From: Eledone cirrhosa
Lineage: Eukaryota
DNA: 64,000 nt
Reading direction: 5' to 3'
Assembly (NCBI GenBank): GCA_964016885.1
Contig: OZ024741.1
Coordinates: 172,918,001-172,982,000 of the forward strand
The stretch's first letter is position 1, and each line of letters begins with the position of its first letter. The notes beneath the pieces are model-generated. The model was not told the origin of the DNA. It saw only the letters and a list, made by a program, of their open reading frames with translations, and did no database searches. Below are positions 27,001 to 42,000 of this stretch, one piece after another. Both the position numbers and the translations under genes were made by a program.

Positions 27001-30000
27001 CAAGGTGTGATGAGAGGAGGTGAAAGTTGACAAGGTGTGACGAGAGGAGAGGGTGAGAGTTGACAAGGTTTGGTGAGAGGAGAGGGTGGCAGTTGGCAAT
27101 GTGTGGTGAGAGGAGAGGGTGTCAGTTGACAAGGTGTGATGAGAGGAGAGGGTGCCAGTTGACAAGATGTGATGAGAGGAGAGTGTGGCAGTTGACAAGG
27201 TGTGATGAGAGGAGAGGGTGGCAGTTGGCAAGGTGTGGTGAGAGGAGAGGGTGGCTGTTGACAAGGTGCGATGAGAGGAGAGGGTGCCAGTTGACAAGGT
27301 GTGATGAGAGGAGAGGGTGGCAGTTGACAAGGTGTGATGCGAGGAGAGGGTGGCAGTTGACAAGGTGTGATGATAGCAGAGGTTGGGAGTTGACAATGTG
27401 TGATGAGAGGAGAGTGTGAGAGTTGACAAGGTGTAATGAGGGGAGTGGGTGGAAGTTGACAAGTTGTGATTAGAGGAGTGGGTATTAGTTGACGAGGTGT
27501 GATGAAAGGATAGGGTGGCAGTTGACAAGGTGTGATGAGAAGAGACGGTGGCAGTTGACAAGGTGTAATGAGGGGAGAGGGTGGCAGTTGACAAGGTGTG
27601 GTGAGAGGATGTGAAAGTTGACAAGGTGTGATGAGAGGAGAGGGTGGCAGTTGACAAGGTGTGATGAGAGGAGGTGACAGTTGACAAGGTGTGATTTGAG
27701 GAGAGGGTGGCAGTTGGCAAGTTGTGATGAGAGGAGGTGAAAGTGGACAACGTGTGATTAGAGGATAGGGTGGCAGTTGACAAGGTGTGATGAGAAGAGA
27801 GGGAGGCAGTTGACAAGGTGTGATGAGAGGAGAGGGTGCAGTTGGCAAGTTGTGATGAGAGGAGGTGAAAGTGGACAACGTGTGATTAGAGGAGAGGGTG
27901 GCAGATGACAAGGTGTGATTAGAGGAGAGGGTGGCAGTTGACAAGGTGTGGTGAGAAGAGAGGGTGGCAGTTGACAAGGTGTAATGAGGGGAGAGGGTGG
28001 CAGTTGACAAGGTGTGATGAGAGGAGGTGAAAGTTGACAAGGTGTGATGAGAGGAGAGGGTGAGAGTTGACAAGGTTTGGTGAGAGGAGAGGGTGGCAGT
28101 TGGCAAGGTGTGGTGACAGGAGAGGGTGGCAGTTGACAAGGTGTGATGAGAGGAGAGGGTGCCAGTTGACAAGGTGTGATGAGAGGAGAGGGTGGCAGTT
28201 GACAAGGTGTGATGAGAGGAGAGGGTGGCAGTTGGCAAGGTGTGGTGAGAGGAGAGGGTGGCAGTTGACAATGTGTGATGAGAGGATGTGAAAGTTGACA
28301 AGGTGTGATGAGAGGAGAGGGTGGCTGTTGACAAGGTGTGATGAGAGGAGAGGGTGGCAGTTGGCAAGGTGTGGTGAGAGGAGAGGGTGGCAGTTGACAA
28401 GGTGTGATGAGAGGAGAGGGTGCCAGTTTAAAAAGTGTGATGAGAGGAGTGGGTGGCAGTTGACAAGGTGTGATGAGAAGAGGTGGCAGTTGACAAGGTG
28501 TGATGAGAGGAGGTGGTGGCAGTTGACAAGGTGTGGTGAGAGGAGGTGAAAGTTGACAAGGTGTGATGAGAGGAGAGGGTGGCAGTTGAAAAGGTGTGGT
28601 GAGAGGAGAGGGTGGCTGTTGACAAGGTGTGATGAGGTGAGAGGGTTGCAGTTGACAAGTTGTGATGAGAGGAGATGGTGACAGTTGACAAGATGTGATA
28701 AGATGAGGTGGTGGCAGTTGACAAGGTGTGGTGAGAGGAGGTGACAGTGGACAAGGTGTGATGAGAGGAGAGCGTGGATGTTGATAAGGTGTGATGAGAG
28801 TAGAGGGTGGCAGTTGACAATGTGTAGTTCTAGGATAGGGTGGCATTTGACAAGGTGTGATGAGAGGAGGTGACAGTTGACAAGATGTGATGAGAGGAGG
28901 TGACAGTTGACAGGGTGTGCTGAGAGGAGCTGGTGGAAGTTGATATGGTGTGATGAGAGGAGAGGGTGGTAGTTGACAAGGTGTGGTGAAAGGATAGGGT
29001 GGCAGTTGAAAAGGTGTGATGAGAGGAGGTGACAGTTTACAAGGTGTGATGAGAGGAGAGGGTGGCAGTTGACAAGGTGTGATGAGAGGAGAGGGTTGCA
29101 GTTGACAAGGTGTAATGAGGAGAGAGGGTGACTGTTGACAAGGTGTGATGAGAGGAGAGGGTGCCAGTTGACAAGGTGTGATGAGAGGAGGTGGTGGTAG
29201 TTGACAAGGTGTGATGAGAGGAGGTTAAACTTGACAAGGTGTGATGAGAGGAGAGGGTGAGAGTTGACAAGTTTTGGTGAGAGGAGAGGGTGGCAGTTGG
29301 CAAGGTGTGGTGAGAGGAGAGGGTGGCAGTTGACAAGGTGTGATGAGATGAGAGGGTGGCAGTTGACAAGGTGTGATGAGAGGAAGTGACAGTTGAAAAG
29401 GTGTGGTGAGAGGAGAGGGTGGCTGTTGACAAGGTGTGATGAGGGGAGAGGGTGGCAGTTGACAAGGTGTGATGAGAGGAGATGGTGACAGTTGACAAGA
29501 TGTGATGAGAGGAGGTGGTGGCAGTTGACAAGGTGTGGTGAGAGGAGGTGACAGTGGACAAGGTGTGATGAGAGGAGAGGGTGGATGTTGATAACGTGTG
29601 ATGAGAGGAGAGGGTGGCAGTTGACAAGGTGTGGTTCTAGGAGAGGCTGGCAGTTGACAAGGTGTGATGAGAGGAGGTGACATTTGACAAGATGTGATGA
29701 GAGGAGGTGACAGTTGACAAGGTGTGCTGAGAGGAGCTGGTGGAAGTTGATAAGGTGTGATGCGAGGAGAGGGTGGTAGTTGACAAGGTTTGGTGAGAGG
29801 ATAGGTTGGCAGTTGACAAGGTGTGATGAGAGGGGGTGACAGTTTACAAGGTGTGATGAGAGGAGAGGGTGGCAGTTGACAAGGTGTGATGAGAGGAGAG
29901 GGTTGCAGTTGACAAGGTGTAATGAGGAGAGAGGGTGACAGTTGACAAGGTGTGATGAGAGGAGAGGGTGGCAGTTGACAAGGTGTGATGAGAGGAGTGG

Positions 30001-33000
30001 GTGGCAGTTGACAAGGTGTGATGAGAGGAGGTGAAAGTTGACAAGGTGTGATGAGAGGAGAGGGTGAGAGTTGACAAGGTTTGGTGAGAGGAGAGGGTGG
30101 CAGTTGGCAAGGTGTGGTGAGAGGAGAGGGTGGCAGTTGACAAGGTGTGATGAGAGGAGAGGGTGCCAGATGACAAGGTGTGATGAGAGGAGAGGGTGGC
30201 ATTTGGCAAGGTGTGGTTAGAGGAGAGGGTGGCTGTTGACAAGGTGCGATAAGAGGAGAGGGTGGCAGTTGACAAGGTGTGATGCGAGGAGAGAGTGGCA
30301 GTTGACAAGGTGTGATGATAGCAGAGGGTGGGAGTTGACAATGTGTGATGAGAGGAGAGTGTGAGAGTTGACAAGGTGTAATGAGGGGAGAGGGTGGAAG
30401 TTGACAATTTGTGATTAGAGGAGTGGGTGGTAGTTGACGAGGTGTGATGAGAGGAGAGGGTGACAGTTGACAAGGTGTGATGAGAGGAGAGGGTGGCAGT
30501 TGACAAGGTGTGATGAGAGGAGTGGGTGGCAGTTGACAAGGTGTGATGAGAGGAGGTGAAAGTTGACAAGGAGTGACGAGAGGAGAGGGTGAGAGTTGAC
30601 AAGATTTGGTGAGAGGAGAGGGTGGCAGTTGGCAATGTGTGGTGAGAGGAGAGGGTGGCAGTTGGCAAGGTGTGGTGAGAGGAGAGGGTGGCTGTTGACA
30701 AGATGCGATGAGAGGAGAGGGTGCCAGTTGACAAGGTGTGATGAGAGGAGAGGGTGGCAGTTGACCAGGTGTGATGCGAGGAGAGGGTGGCAGTTGACAA
30801 GGTGTGATGATAGCAGAGGGTGGGAGTTGACAATGTGTGATGAGAGGAGAGTGTGAGAGTTGACAAGGTGTAATGAGGGGAGTGGGTGGAAGTTGACAAG
30901 TTGTGATTAGAGGAGTGGGTGGTAGTTGACGAGGTGTGATGAAAGGAGAGGGTGGCAGTTGACAAGGTGTGATGAGAGGAGAGGGTGGCAGTTGACAAGG
31001 TGTGATGAGAGTAGGTGACTGTTGACAAGGTGTGATGAGAGGAGAGGGTGGCAGTTGACAAGGTGTGATGAGAAGAGAGGGTGGCAGTTGACAAGGTGTA
31101 ATGAGAGGAGAGGGTGCCAGATGACAAGGTGTGATGAGAGGAGAGGGTGGCATTTGGCAAGGTGTGGTGAGAGGAGAGGGTGGCTGTTGACAAGGTGCGA
31201 TGAGAGGAGAGGGTGGTAGTTGACAAGGTGTGATGAGAGGAGAGGGTGGCAGTTGACAAGGTGTGATGCGAGGAGAGGGTGGCAGTTGACAAGGTGTGAT
31301 GATAGCAGAGGGTGGGAGTTGACAATGTGTGATGAGAGGAGAGTGTGAGAGTTGACAAGGTGTAATGAGGGGAGAGGGTGGAAGTTGACAAGTTGTGATT
31401 AGAGGAGTGGGTGGTAGTTGACGAGGTGTGATGAGAGGAGAGGGTGGCAGTTGACAAGGTGTGATGAGAGTAGGTGACTGTTGACAAGGTGTGATGAGAG
31501 GAGAGGGTGGCAGTTGATAAGGTGTGATGAGAAGAGAGGGTGGCAGTTGACAAGGTGTAATGAGGGGAGAGGGTGGCAGTTGACAAGGTGTGATGAGAGG
31601 ATGTGAAAGTTGACAAGGTGTGATGAGAGGAGAGGGTGGCAGTTGACAAGGTGTGATGAGAGGAGGTGACAGTTTACAAGGTGTGATGAGAGGAGTTGAC
31701 AGTTGACAAGGTGTGATTTGAGGAGAGGAGGTGAAACTTGACAAGGTGTGATGAGAAGAGAGGGTGGCAGTTGACAAGGTGTGATGAGAAGAGAGGGTGG
31801 CAGTTGGCAAGGTGTGGTGAGAGGAGAGGGTGGCAGTTGACAAGGTGTGATGAGAGGAGAGGGTGGCAGTTGACAAGGTGTGATGAGAGGAGATGGTGGC
31901 AGTTGACAGGGTGTGATGAGAGGAGAAGGTGGTAGTTGACGATGTGTGATGAGAGGAGTGGTTGGCAGTTGACAACGTGTGATGAGAGGAGAGGGTGGTA
32001 GTTGACAAGGTTTGGTGAGAGGAGTGGGTGGCAGTTGACAAGGTGTGATGAGAAGAGGTGGCAGTTGACAAGGTGTGATGAGAGGAGAGGGTGGCAGTTG
32101 ACAAGGTGTGATGAGAGGAGGTGGTGGCAGTTGACAAGGTGTGGTGAGAGGAGGTGAAAGTTGACAAGGTGTGATGAGAGGAGAGGGTGGCAGTTGAAAA
32201 GGTGTGGTGAGAGGAGGGGGTGGCTGTTGACAAGGTGTGATGAGATGAGAGGGTTGCAGTTGACAAGCTGTGATGAGAGGAGATGGTGACAGTTGACAAG
32301 ATGTTATAAGAGGAGGTGGTGGCAGTTGACAAGGTGTGGTGAGAGGAGGTGACAGTGGACAATGTGTGATGAGAGGAGAGCGTGGATGTTGATAAGGTGT
32401 GATGAGAGTAGAGGTTGGCAGTTGACAATGTGTAGTTCTAGGGGAGGGTGGCATTTGACAAGCTGTGATGAGAGGAGGTGACAGTTGACAAGATGTGATG
32501 AGAGGAGGTGACAGTTGACAGGGTGTGCTGAGAGGAGCTGGTGGAAGTTGATATGGTGTGATGAGAGGAGAGGGTGGTAGTTGACAAGGTGTGGTGAGAG
32601 GATAGGGTGGCAGTTGACAAGGTGTGATGAGAGGAGGTGACAGTTTACAAGGTGTGATGAGAGGAGAGGGTGGCAGTTGACAAGGTGTGATGAGAGGAGA
32701 GGGTTGCAGTTGACAAGGTGTAATGAGGAGAGAGGGTGACAGTTGACAAGGTGTGATGAGAGGAGAGGGTGCCAGTTGACAAGGTGTGATGAGAGGAGTG
32801 GGTGGCAGTTGACAAGGTGTGATGAGAGGAGGTGACAGTTGACAAGGTGTGGTGGGAGGAGAGGGTGGCAGTTCACAAGGTGTGATGAGAGGAGGTGAAA
32901 CTTGACAAGGTGTGATGAGAGGAGAGGGTGAGAGTTGACAAGGTTTGGTGAGAGGAGAGGGTGGCAGTTGGCAAGGTGTGGTGAGAGGAGAGGGTGGCAG

Positions 33001-36000
33001 TTGACAAGGTGTGATGAGAGGAGAGGGTGGCAGTTGGCAAGGTGTGTTGAGAGGAGAGGGTGGCTGTTGACAAGGTGCTATGAGAGGAGAGGGTGCCAGT
33101 TGACAAGGTGTGATGATAGGAGAGGGTGGGAGTTGACAATGTGTGATGAGAGGAGAGTGTGAGAGTTGACAAGGTGTAATGAGGGGAGATGGTGGAAGTT
33201 GACAAGTTGTGATTAGAGGAGTGGGTGGTAGTTGACGAGGTGTGATGAGAGGAGAGGGTGGCAGTTGACAAGGTGTGATGAGAGGAGAGGGTGGCAGTTG
33301 ACAAGGTGTGATAAGAGGAGGTGACTGTTGACAAGGTGTGATGAGAGGAGGTGACAGTTGACAAGGTGTGATGAGAGGAGTTGACAGTTGACAAGGTGTG
33401 ATGAGAGGAGAGGGTGGCAGTTGACAAGGTGTGATGAGAGGAGAGGGTGGCAGTTGACAAGGTGTGGTGAGAGGAGGTGACAGTGGACAAGGTGTGATGA
33501 GAGGAGAGGGTGGATGTTGATAAGATGTGATGAGAGGAGAGGGTGGCAGTTGACAAGGTGTGGTTCTAGGAGAGGGTGGCTTTTGACAAGGTGTGATGAG
33601 ATGAGGTGACAGTTGACAAGATGTGATGAGAGGAGGTGACAGTTGACAAGGTGTGCTGAGAGGAGCTGGTGGAAGTTGATAAGGTGTGATGAGAGGAGAG
33701 GGTGGTAGTTGACAAGGTTTGGTGAGAGGATAGGGTGGCAGTTGACAAGGTGTGATGAGAGGAGAGGGTGGTAGTTGACAAGGTTTGGTGAGAGGAGAGG
33801 GTGGCAGTTGACAAGGTGTGATGAGAGGAGAGGGTTGCAGTTGACAAGGTGTAATGAGGAGAGAGGGTGACAGTTGACAAGGTGTGATGAGAGGAGAGGG
33901 TGGCAGTTGACAAGGTGTGATGAGAGGAGTGGGTGGCAGTTGACAAGGTGTGATGAGAGGAGGTGAAAGTTGACAAGGTGTGACGAGAGGAGAGGGTGAG
34001 AGTTGACAAGGTTTGGTGAGAGGAGAGGGTGGCAGTTGGCAATGTGTGGTGAGAGGAGAGGGTGGCAGTTGGCAAGGTGTGGTGAGAGGAGAGGGTGGCT
34101 GTTGACAAGGTGCGATGAGAGGAGAGGGTGCGAGTTGACAAGGTGTGATGAGAGGAGAGGGTGGCAGTTGACCAGGTGTGATGCGAGGAGAGGGTGGCAG
34201 TTGACAAGGTGTGATGATAGCAGAGGGTGGGAGTTGACAATGTGTGATGAGAGGAGAGTGTGAGAGTTGATAAGGTGTAATGAGGGGAGAGGGTGGCAGT
34301 TGACAAGTTGTGATTAGAGGAGTGGGTGGTAGTTGACGAGGTGTGATGAAAGGAGAGGGTGGCAGTTGACAAGCTGTGATGAGAGGAGAGGGTGGCAGTT
34401 GACAAGGTGTGATGAGAGTAGGTGACTGTTGACAAGGTGTGATGAGAGGAGAGGGTGGCAGTTGACAAGGTGTGATGAGAAGAGAGGGTGGCAGTTGACA
34501 AGGTGTAATGAGAGGAGTTGACAGTTGACAAGGTGTGATGAGAGGAGTTGACAGTTGACAAGGTGTGATTAGAGGAGAGGGTGGCAGTTGACAAGGTGTG
34601 GTGAGAAGAGAGGGTGGCAGTTGACAAGGTGTAATGAGGGGAGAGGGTGGCAGTTGACAAGGTGTGATGAGAGGAGGTGAAAGTTGACAAGGTGTGATGA
34701 GAGGATAGGGTGAGAGTTGACAAGGTTTGGTGAGAGGAGAGGGTGGCAGTTGACAAGGTGTGATGAGAGGAGAGGGTGCCAGTTGACAAGGTGTGATGAG
34801 AGGAGAGGGTGGCAGTTGACAAGGTGTGATGAGAGGAGAGGGTGGCAGTTGGCAAGGTGTGGTGAGAGGAGAGGGTGGCAGTTGACAATGTGTGATGAGA
34901 GGATGTGAAAGTTGACAAGGTGTGATGAGAGGAGAGGATGGCTGTTGACAAGGTGTGATGAGAGCAGAGGGTGGCAGTTGGCAAGGTGTGGTGAGAGGAG
35001 AGGGTGGCAGTTGACAAGGTGTGATGAGAGGAGATGGTGACAGTTGACAAGGTGTGATGAGAGGATGTGAAAGTTGACAAGGTGTGATGAGAAGAGGTGG
35101 CAGTTGACAAGGTGTGATGAGAGGAGAGGGTGGAAGTTGATATGGTGTGATGAGAGGAGAGGGTGGTAGTTGACAAGGTGTGGTGAGAGGATAGGGTGGC
35201 AGTTGACAAGGTGTGATGAGAGGAGGTGACAGTTTACAAGGTGTGATGAGAGGAGAGGGTGGCAGTTGACAAGGTGTGATGAGAGGAGAGGGTTGCAGTT
35301 GACAAGGTGTAATGAGGAGAGAGGGTGACAGTTGACAAGGTGTGATGAGAGGAGAGGGTGCCAGTTGACAAGGTGTGATGAGAGGAGTGGGTGGCAGTTG
35401 GCAAGGTGTGGTGAGAGGAGAGGGTGGCAGTTGACAAGGTGTGATGAGAGGAGAGGGTGGCAGTTGGCAAGGTGTGATGAGAGGAGGTGAAACTTGACAA
35501 GGTGTGATGAGAGGAGAGGGTGAGAGTTGACAAGGTTTGGTGAGAGGAGAGGGTGGCAGTTGGCAAGGTGTGGTGAGAGGAGAGGGTGGCAGTTGACAAG
35601 GTGTGATGAGAGGAGAGGGTGGCAGTTGGCAAGGTGTGTTGAGAGGAGAGGGTGGCTGTTGACAAGGTGCTATGAGAGGAGAGGGTGCCAGTTGACAAGG
35701 TGTGATGATAGGAGAGGGTGGGAGTTGACAATGTGTGATGAGAGGAGAGTGTGAGAGTTGACAAGGTGTAATGAGGGGAGATGGTGGAAGTTGACAAGTT
35801 GTGATTAGAGGAGTGGGTGGTAGTTGACGAGGTGTGATGAGAGGAGAGGGTGGCAGTTGACAAGGTGTGATGAGAGGAGAGGGTGGCAGTTGACAAGGTG
35901 TGATAAGAGGAGGTGACTGTTGACAAGGTGTGATGAGAGGAGGTGACAGTTGACAAGGTGTGATGAGAGGAGTTGACAGTTGACAAGGTGTGATGAGAGG

Positions 36001-39000
36001 AGAGGGTGGCAGTTGACAAGGTGTGATGAGAGGAGAGGGTGGCAGTTGACAAGGTGTGATGAGAGGAGAGGGTGGCTGTTGACAAGGTGTGGTGAGAGGA
36101 GGTGACAGTGGACAAGGTGTGATGAGAGGAGAGGGTGGATGTTGATAAGATGTGATGAGAGGAGAGGGTGGCAGTTGACAAGGTGTGGTTCTAGGAGAGG
36201 GTGGCTTTTGACAAGGTGTGATGAGAGGAGGTGACAGTTGACAAGATGTGATGAGAGGAGGTGACAGTTGACAAGGTGTGCTGAGAGGAGCTGGTGGAAG
36301 TTGATAAGGTGTGATGAGAGGAGAGGGTGGTAGTTGACAAGGTTTGGTGAGAGGATAGGGTGGCAGTTGACAAGGTGTGATGAGAGGAGAGGGTGGTAGT
36401 TGACAAGGTTTGGTGAGAGGAGAGGGTGGCAGTTGACAAGGTGTGATGAGAGGAGAGGGTTGCAGTTGACAAGGTGTAATGAGGAGAGAGGGTGACAGTT
36501 GACAAGGTGTGATGAGAGGAGAGGGTGGCAGTTGACAAGGTGTGATGAGAGGAGAGGGTGGCAGTTGACAAGGTGTGACGAGAGGAGAGGGTGAGAGTTG
36601 ACAAGGTTTGGTGAGAGGAGAGGGTGGCAGTTGGCAATGTGTGGTGAGAGGAGAGGGTGGCAGTTGGCAAGGTGTGGTGAGAGGAGAGGGTGGCTGTTGA
36701 CAAGGTGCGATGAGAGGAGAGGGTGCGAGTTGACAAGGTGTGATGAGAGGAGAGGGTGGCAGTTGACCAGGTGTGATGCGAGGAGAGGGTGGCAGTTGAC
36801 AAGGTGTGATGATAGCAGAGGGTGGGAGTTGACAATGTGTGATGAGAGGAGAGTGTGAGAGTTGACAAGGTGTAATGAGGGGAGTGGGTGAAAGTTGACA
36901 AGTTGTGATTAGAGGAGTGGGTGGTAGTTGACGAGGTGTGATGAAAGGAGAGGGTGGCAGTTGACAAGCTGTGATGAGAGGAGAGGGTGGCAGTTGACAA
37001 GGTGTGATGAGAGTAGGTGACTGTTGACAAGGTGTGATGAGAGGAGAGGGTGGCAGTTGACAAGGTGTGATGAGAAGAGAGGGTGGCAGTTGACAAGGTG
37101 TAATGAGGGGAGAGGGTGGCAGTTGACAAGGTGTGATGAGAGGAGGTGACAGTTTACAAGGTGTGATGAGAGGAGTTGACAGTTGACAAGGTGTGATTAG
37201 AGGAGAGGGTGAGAGTTGACAAGGTTTGGTGAGAAAAGAGGGTGGCAGTTGACAAGGTGTGATGAGAGGAGAGGGTGCCAGTTGACAAGGTGTGATGAGA
37301 GGAGAGGGTGGCAGTTGACAAGGTGTGATGAGAGGAGAGGGTGGCAGTTGGCAAGGTGTGGTGAGAGGACAGGGTGGCAGTTGACAATGTGTGATGAGAG
37401 GATGTGAAAGTTGACAAGGTGTGATGAGAGGAGAGGGTGGCTGTTGACAAGGTGTGATGAGAGGAGAGGGTGGCAGTTGGCAAGGTGTGGTGAGAGGAGA
37501 GGGTGGCAGTTGACAATGTGTGATGAGAGGATGTGAAAGTTGACAAGGTGTGATGAGAAGAGGTGGCAGTTGACAAGGTGTGATGAGAGGAGAGGGTGGA
37601 AGTTGATATGGTGTGATGAGAGGAGAGGGTGGTAGTTGACAAGGTGTGGTGAGAGGATAGGGTGGCAGTTGACAAGGTGTGATGAGAGGAGGTGACAGTT
37701 TACAAGGTGTGATGAGAGGAGAGGGTGGCAGTTGACAAGGTGTGATGAGAGGAGAGGGTTGCAGTTGACAAGGTGTAATGAGGAGAGAGGGTGACAGTTG
37801 ACAAGGTATGATGAGAGGAGAGGGTGCCAGTTGACAAGGTGTGATGAGAGGAGGTGAAACTTGACAAGGTGTGATGAGAGGAGAGGGTGAGAGTTGACAA
37901 GGTTTGGTGAGAGGAGAGGGTGGCAGTTGGCAAGGTGTGGTGAGAGGAGAGGGTGGCAGTTGACAAGGTGTTATGAGAGGAGAGGGTGGCAGTTGGCAAG
38001 GTGTGTTGAGAGGAGAGGGTGGCTGTTGTCAAGGTGCTATGAGAGGAGAGGGTGCCAGTTGACAAGGTGTGATGATAGGAGAGGGTGGGAGTTGACAATG
38101 TGTGATGAGAGGAGAGTGTGAGAGTTGACAAGGTGTAATGAGGGGAGATGGTGGAAGTTGACAAGTTGTGATTAGAGGAGTGGGTGGTAGTTGACGAGGT
38201 GTGATGAGAGGAGAGGGTGGCAGTTGACAAGGTGTGATGAGAGGAGAGGGTGGCAGTTGACAAGGTGTGATAAGAGGAGGTGACTGTTGACAAGGTGTGA
38301 TGAGAGGAGGTGACAGTTGACAAGGTGTGATGAGAGGAGTTGACAGTTGACAAGGTGTGATGAGAGGAGAGGGTGGCAGTTGACAAGGTGTGATGAGAGG
38401 AGAGGGTGGCAGTTGACAAGGTGTGATGAGAGGAGAGGGTGGCAGTTGACAAGGTGTGGTGAGAGGAGGTGACAGTGGACAAGGTGTGATGAGAGGAGAG
38501 GGTGGATGTTGATAAGATGTGATGAGAGGAGAGGGTGGCAGTTGACAAGGTGTGGTTCTAGGAGAGGGTGGCTTTTGACAAGGTGTGATGAGAGGAGGTG
38601 ACAGTTGACAAGATGTGATGAGAGGAGGTGACAGTTGACAAGGTGTGCTGAGAGGAGCTGGTGGAAGTTGATAAGGTGTGATGAGAGGAGAGGGTGGTAG
38701 TTGTCAAGGTTTGGTGAGAGGATAGGGTGGCAGTTGACAAGGTGTGATGAGAGGAGAGGGTGGTAGTTGACAAGGTTTGGTGAGAGGAGAGGGTGGCAGT
38801 TGACAAGGTGTGATGAGAGGAGAGGGTTGCAGTTGACAAGGTGTAATGAGGAGAGAGGGTGACAGTTGACAAGGTGTGATGAGAGGAGAGGGTGGCAGTT
38901 GACAAGGTGTGATGAGAGGAGTGGGTGGCAGTTGACAAGGTGTGATGAGAGGAGGTGAAAGTTGACAAGGTGTGACGAGAGGAGAGGGTGAGAGTTGACA

Positions 39001-42000
39001 AGGTTTGGTGAGAGGAGAGGGTGGCAGTTGGCAATGTGTGGTGAGAGGAGAGGGTGGCAGTTGGCAAGGTGTGGTGAGAGGAGAGGGTGGCTGTTGACAA
39101 GGTGCGATGAGAGGAGAGGGTGCGAGTTGACAAGGTGTGATGAGAGGAGAGGGTGGCAGTTGACCAGGTGTGATGCGAGGAGAGGGTGGCAGTTGACAAG
39201 GTGTGATGATAGCAGAGGGTGGGAGTTGACAATGTGTGATGAGAGGAGAGTGTGAGAGTTGACAAGGTGTAATGAGGGGAGTGGGTGAAAGTTGACAAGT
39301 TGTGATTAGAGGAGTGGGTGGTAGTTGACGAGGTGTGATGAAAGGAGAGGGTGGCAGTTGACAAGCTGTGATGAGAGGAGAGGGTGGCAGTTGACAAGGT
39401 GTGATGAGAGTAGGTGACTGTTGACAAGGTGTGATGAGAGGAGAGGGTGGCAATTGACAAGGTGTGATGAGAAGAGAGGGTGGCAGTTGACAAGGTGTAA
39501 TGAGGGGAGAGGGTGGCAGTTGACAAGGTGTGATGAGAGGAGGTGACAGTTTACAAGGTGTGATGAGAGGAGTTGACAGTTGACAAGGTGTGATTAGAGG
39601 AGAGGGTGGCAGTTGACAAGGTGTGATGAGAGGAGAGGGTGCCAGTTGACAAGGTGTGATGAGAGGAGAGGGTGGCAGTTGACAAGGTGTGATGAGAGGA
39701 GAGGGTGGCAGTTGGCAAGGTTTGGTGAGAGGAGAGGGTGGCAGTTGACAATGTGTGATGAGAGGATGTGAAAGTTGACAAGGTGTGATGAGAGGAGAGG
39801 GTGGCTGTTGACAAGGTGTGATGAGAGGAGAGGGTGGCAGTTGGCAAGGTGTGGTGAGAGGAGAGGGTGGCAGTTGACAATGTGTGATGAGAGGATGTGA
39901 AAGTTGACAAGGTGTGATGAGAAGAGGTGGCAGTTGACAAGGTGTGATGAGAGGAGAGGGTGGCAGTTGACAAGGTGTGATGAGAGGAGGTGGTGGCAGT
40001 TGACAAGGTGTGGTGAGAGGAGGTGAAAGTTGACAAGGTGTGATGAGAGGAGAGGGTGGCAGTTGACAAGGTGTGATGAGAGGAAGTGACAGTTGAAAAG
40101 GTGTGGTGAGAGGAGAGGGTGGCTGTTGACAAGGTGTGATGAGGGGAGAGGGTGGCAGTTGACAAGGTGTGATGAGAGGAGATGGTGACAGTTGACAAGA
40201 TGTGATGAGAGGAGGTGCTGGCAGTTGACAAGGTGTGGTGAGAGGAGGTGACAGTGGACAAGGTGTGATGAGAGGAGAGGGTGGATGTTGATAAGGTGTG
40301 ATGAGAGGAGAGGGTGGCAGTTGACAAGGTGTGTTTCTAGGAGAGGCTGGCAGTTGACAAGGTGTGATGAGAGGAGGTGACAGTTGACAAGATGTGATGA
40401 GAGGAGGTGACAGTTGACAAGGTGTGCTGAGAGGAGCTGGTGGAAGTTGATAAGGTGTGATGCGAGGAGAGGGTGGTAGTTGACAAGGTTTGGTGAGAGG
40501 ATAGGTTGGCAGTTGACAAGGTGTGATGAGAGGAGGTGACAGTTTACAAGGTGTGATGAGAGGAGAGAGTGGCAGTTGACAAGGTGTGATGAGAGTAGAG
40601 GGTTGCAGTTGACAAGGTGTAATGAGGAGAGAGGGTGACAGTTGACAAGGTGTGATGAGAGGAGAGGCTGGCAGTTGACAAGGTGTGATGAGAGGAGAGG
40701 GTGGCAGTTGACAAGGTGTGATGAGAGTAGGTGATTGTTGACAAGGTGTGATGAGAGGAGAGGGTGGCAGTTGACAAGGTGTGATGAGAAGAGAGGGTGG
40801 CAGTTGAAAAGGTGTAATGAGGGGAGAGGGTGGCAGTTGACAAGGTGTGATGAGAGGATGTGAAAGTTGACAAGGTGTGATGGGAGGAGAGGGTGGCAGT
40901 TGACAAGGTGTGATGAGAGGAGGTGACTGTTTACAAGGTGTGATGAGAGGAGTTGACAGTTGACAAGGTGTGATTTGAGGAGAGGGTGGCAGTTGACAAT
41001 GTGTGATGAGAAGAGAGGGTGGCTGTTGACAAGGTGTGATGAGAGGAGAGGGTGGCAGTTGGCAAGGTGTGATGAGAGGAGGTGAAAGTGGACAACGTGT
41101 GATTAGAGGAGAGGGTGGCAGATGACAAGGTGTGATTAGAGGAGAGGGTGGCAGTTGACAAGGTGTGGTGAGAAGAGAGGGTGGCAGTTGACAAGGTGTA
41201 ATGAGGGGAGAGGGTGGCAGTTGACAAGTTGTGATGAGAGGAGGTGAAAGTTGACAAGGTGTGATGAGAGGAGAGGGTGAGAGTTGACAAGGTTTGGTGA
41301 GAGGAGAGGGTGGCAGTTGGCAAGGTGTGGTGAGAGGAGATGGTGGCAGTTGACAAGGTGTGATGAGAGGAGAGGGTGCCAGTTGACAAGGTGTGATGAG
41401 AGGAGAGGGTGGCAGTTGACAAGGTGTGATGAGAGGAGAGGGTGGCAGTTGGCAAGGTGTGGTGAGAGGAGAGGGTGGCAGTTGACAATGTGTGATGAGA
41501 GGATGTGAAAGTTGACAAGGTGTGATGAGAGGAGAGGGTGGCTGTTGACAAGGTGTGATGAGAGGAGAGGGTGGCAGTTGGCAAGGTGTGGTGAGAGGAG
41601 AGGCTGGCAGTTGACAAGGTGTGATGAGAGGAGAGGGTGCCAGTTTAAAAAGTCTGATGAGAGGAGTGGGTGGCAGTTGATAAGGTGTGATGAGAAGAGG
41701 TGGCAGTTGACAAGGTGTGATGAGAGGAGAGGGTGGCAGTTGACAAGGTGTGATGAGAGGAAGTGACAGTTGACAAGGTGTGGTGAGAGGAGGTGAAAGT
41801 TGACAAGGTGTGATGAGGGGAGAGGGTGGCAGTTCACAAGATGTGATGAGAGGAGGTGGTGGCAGTTGACAAGGTGTGGTGAGAGGAGGTGACAGTGGAC
41901 AAGGTGTGATGAGAGGAGAGGGTGGATGTTGATAAGGTGTGATGAGAGGAGAGGGTGGCAGTTGACAAGGTGTGATGAGAGGAAGTGACAGTTGAAAAGG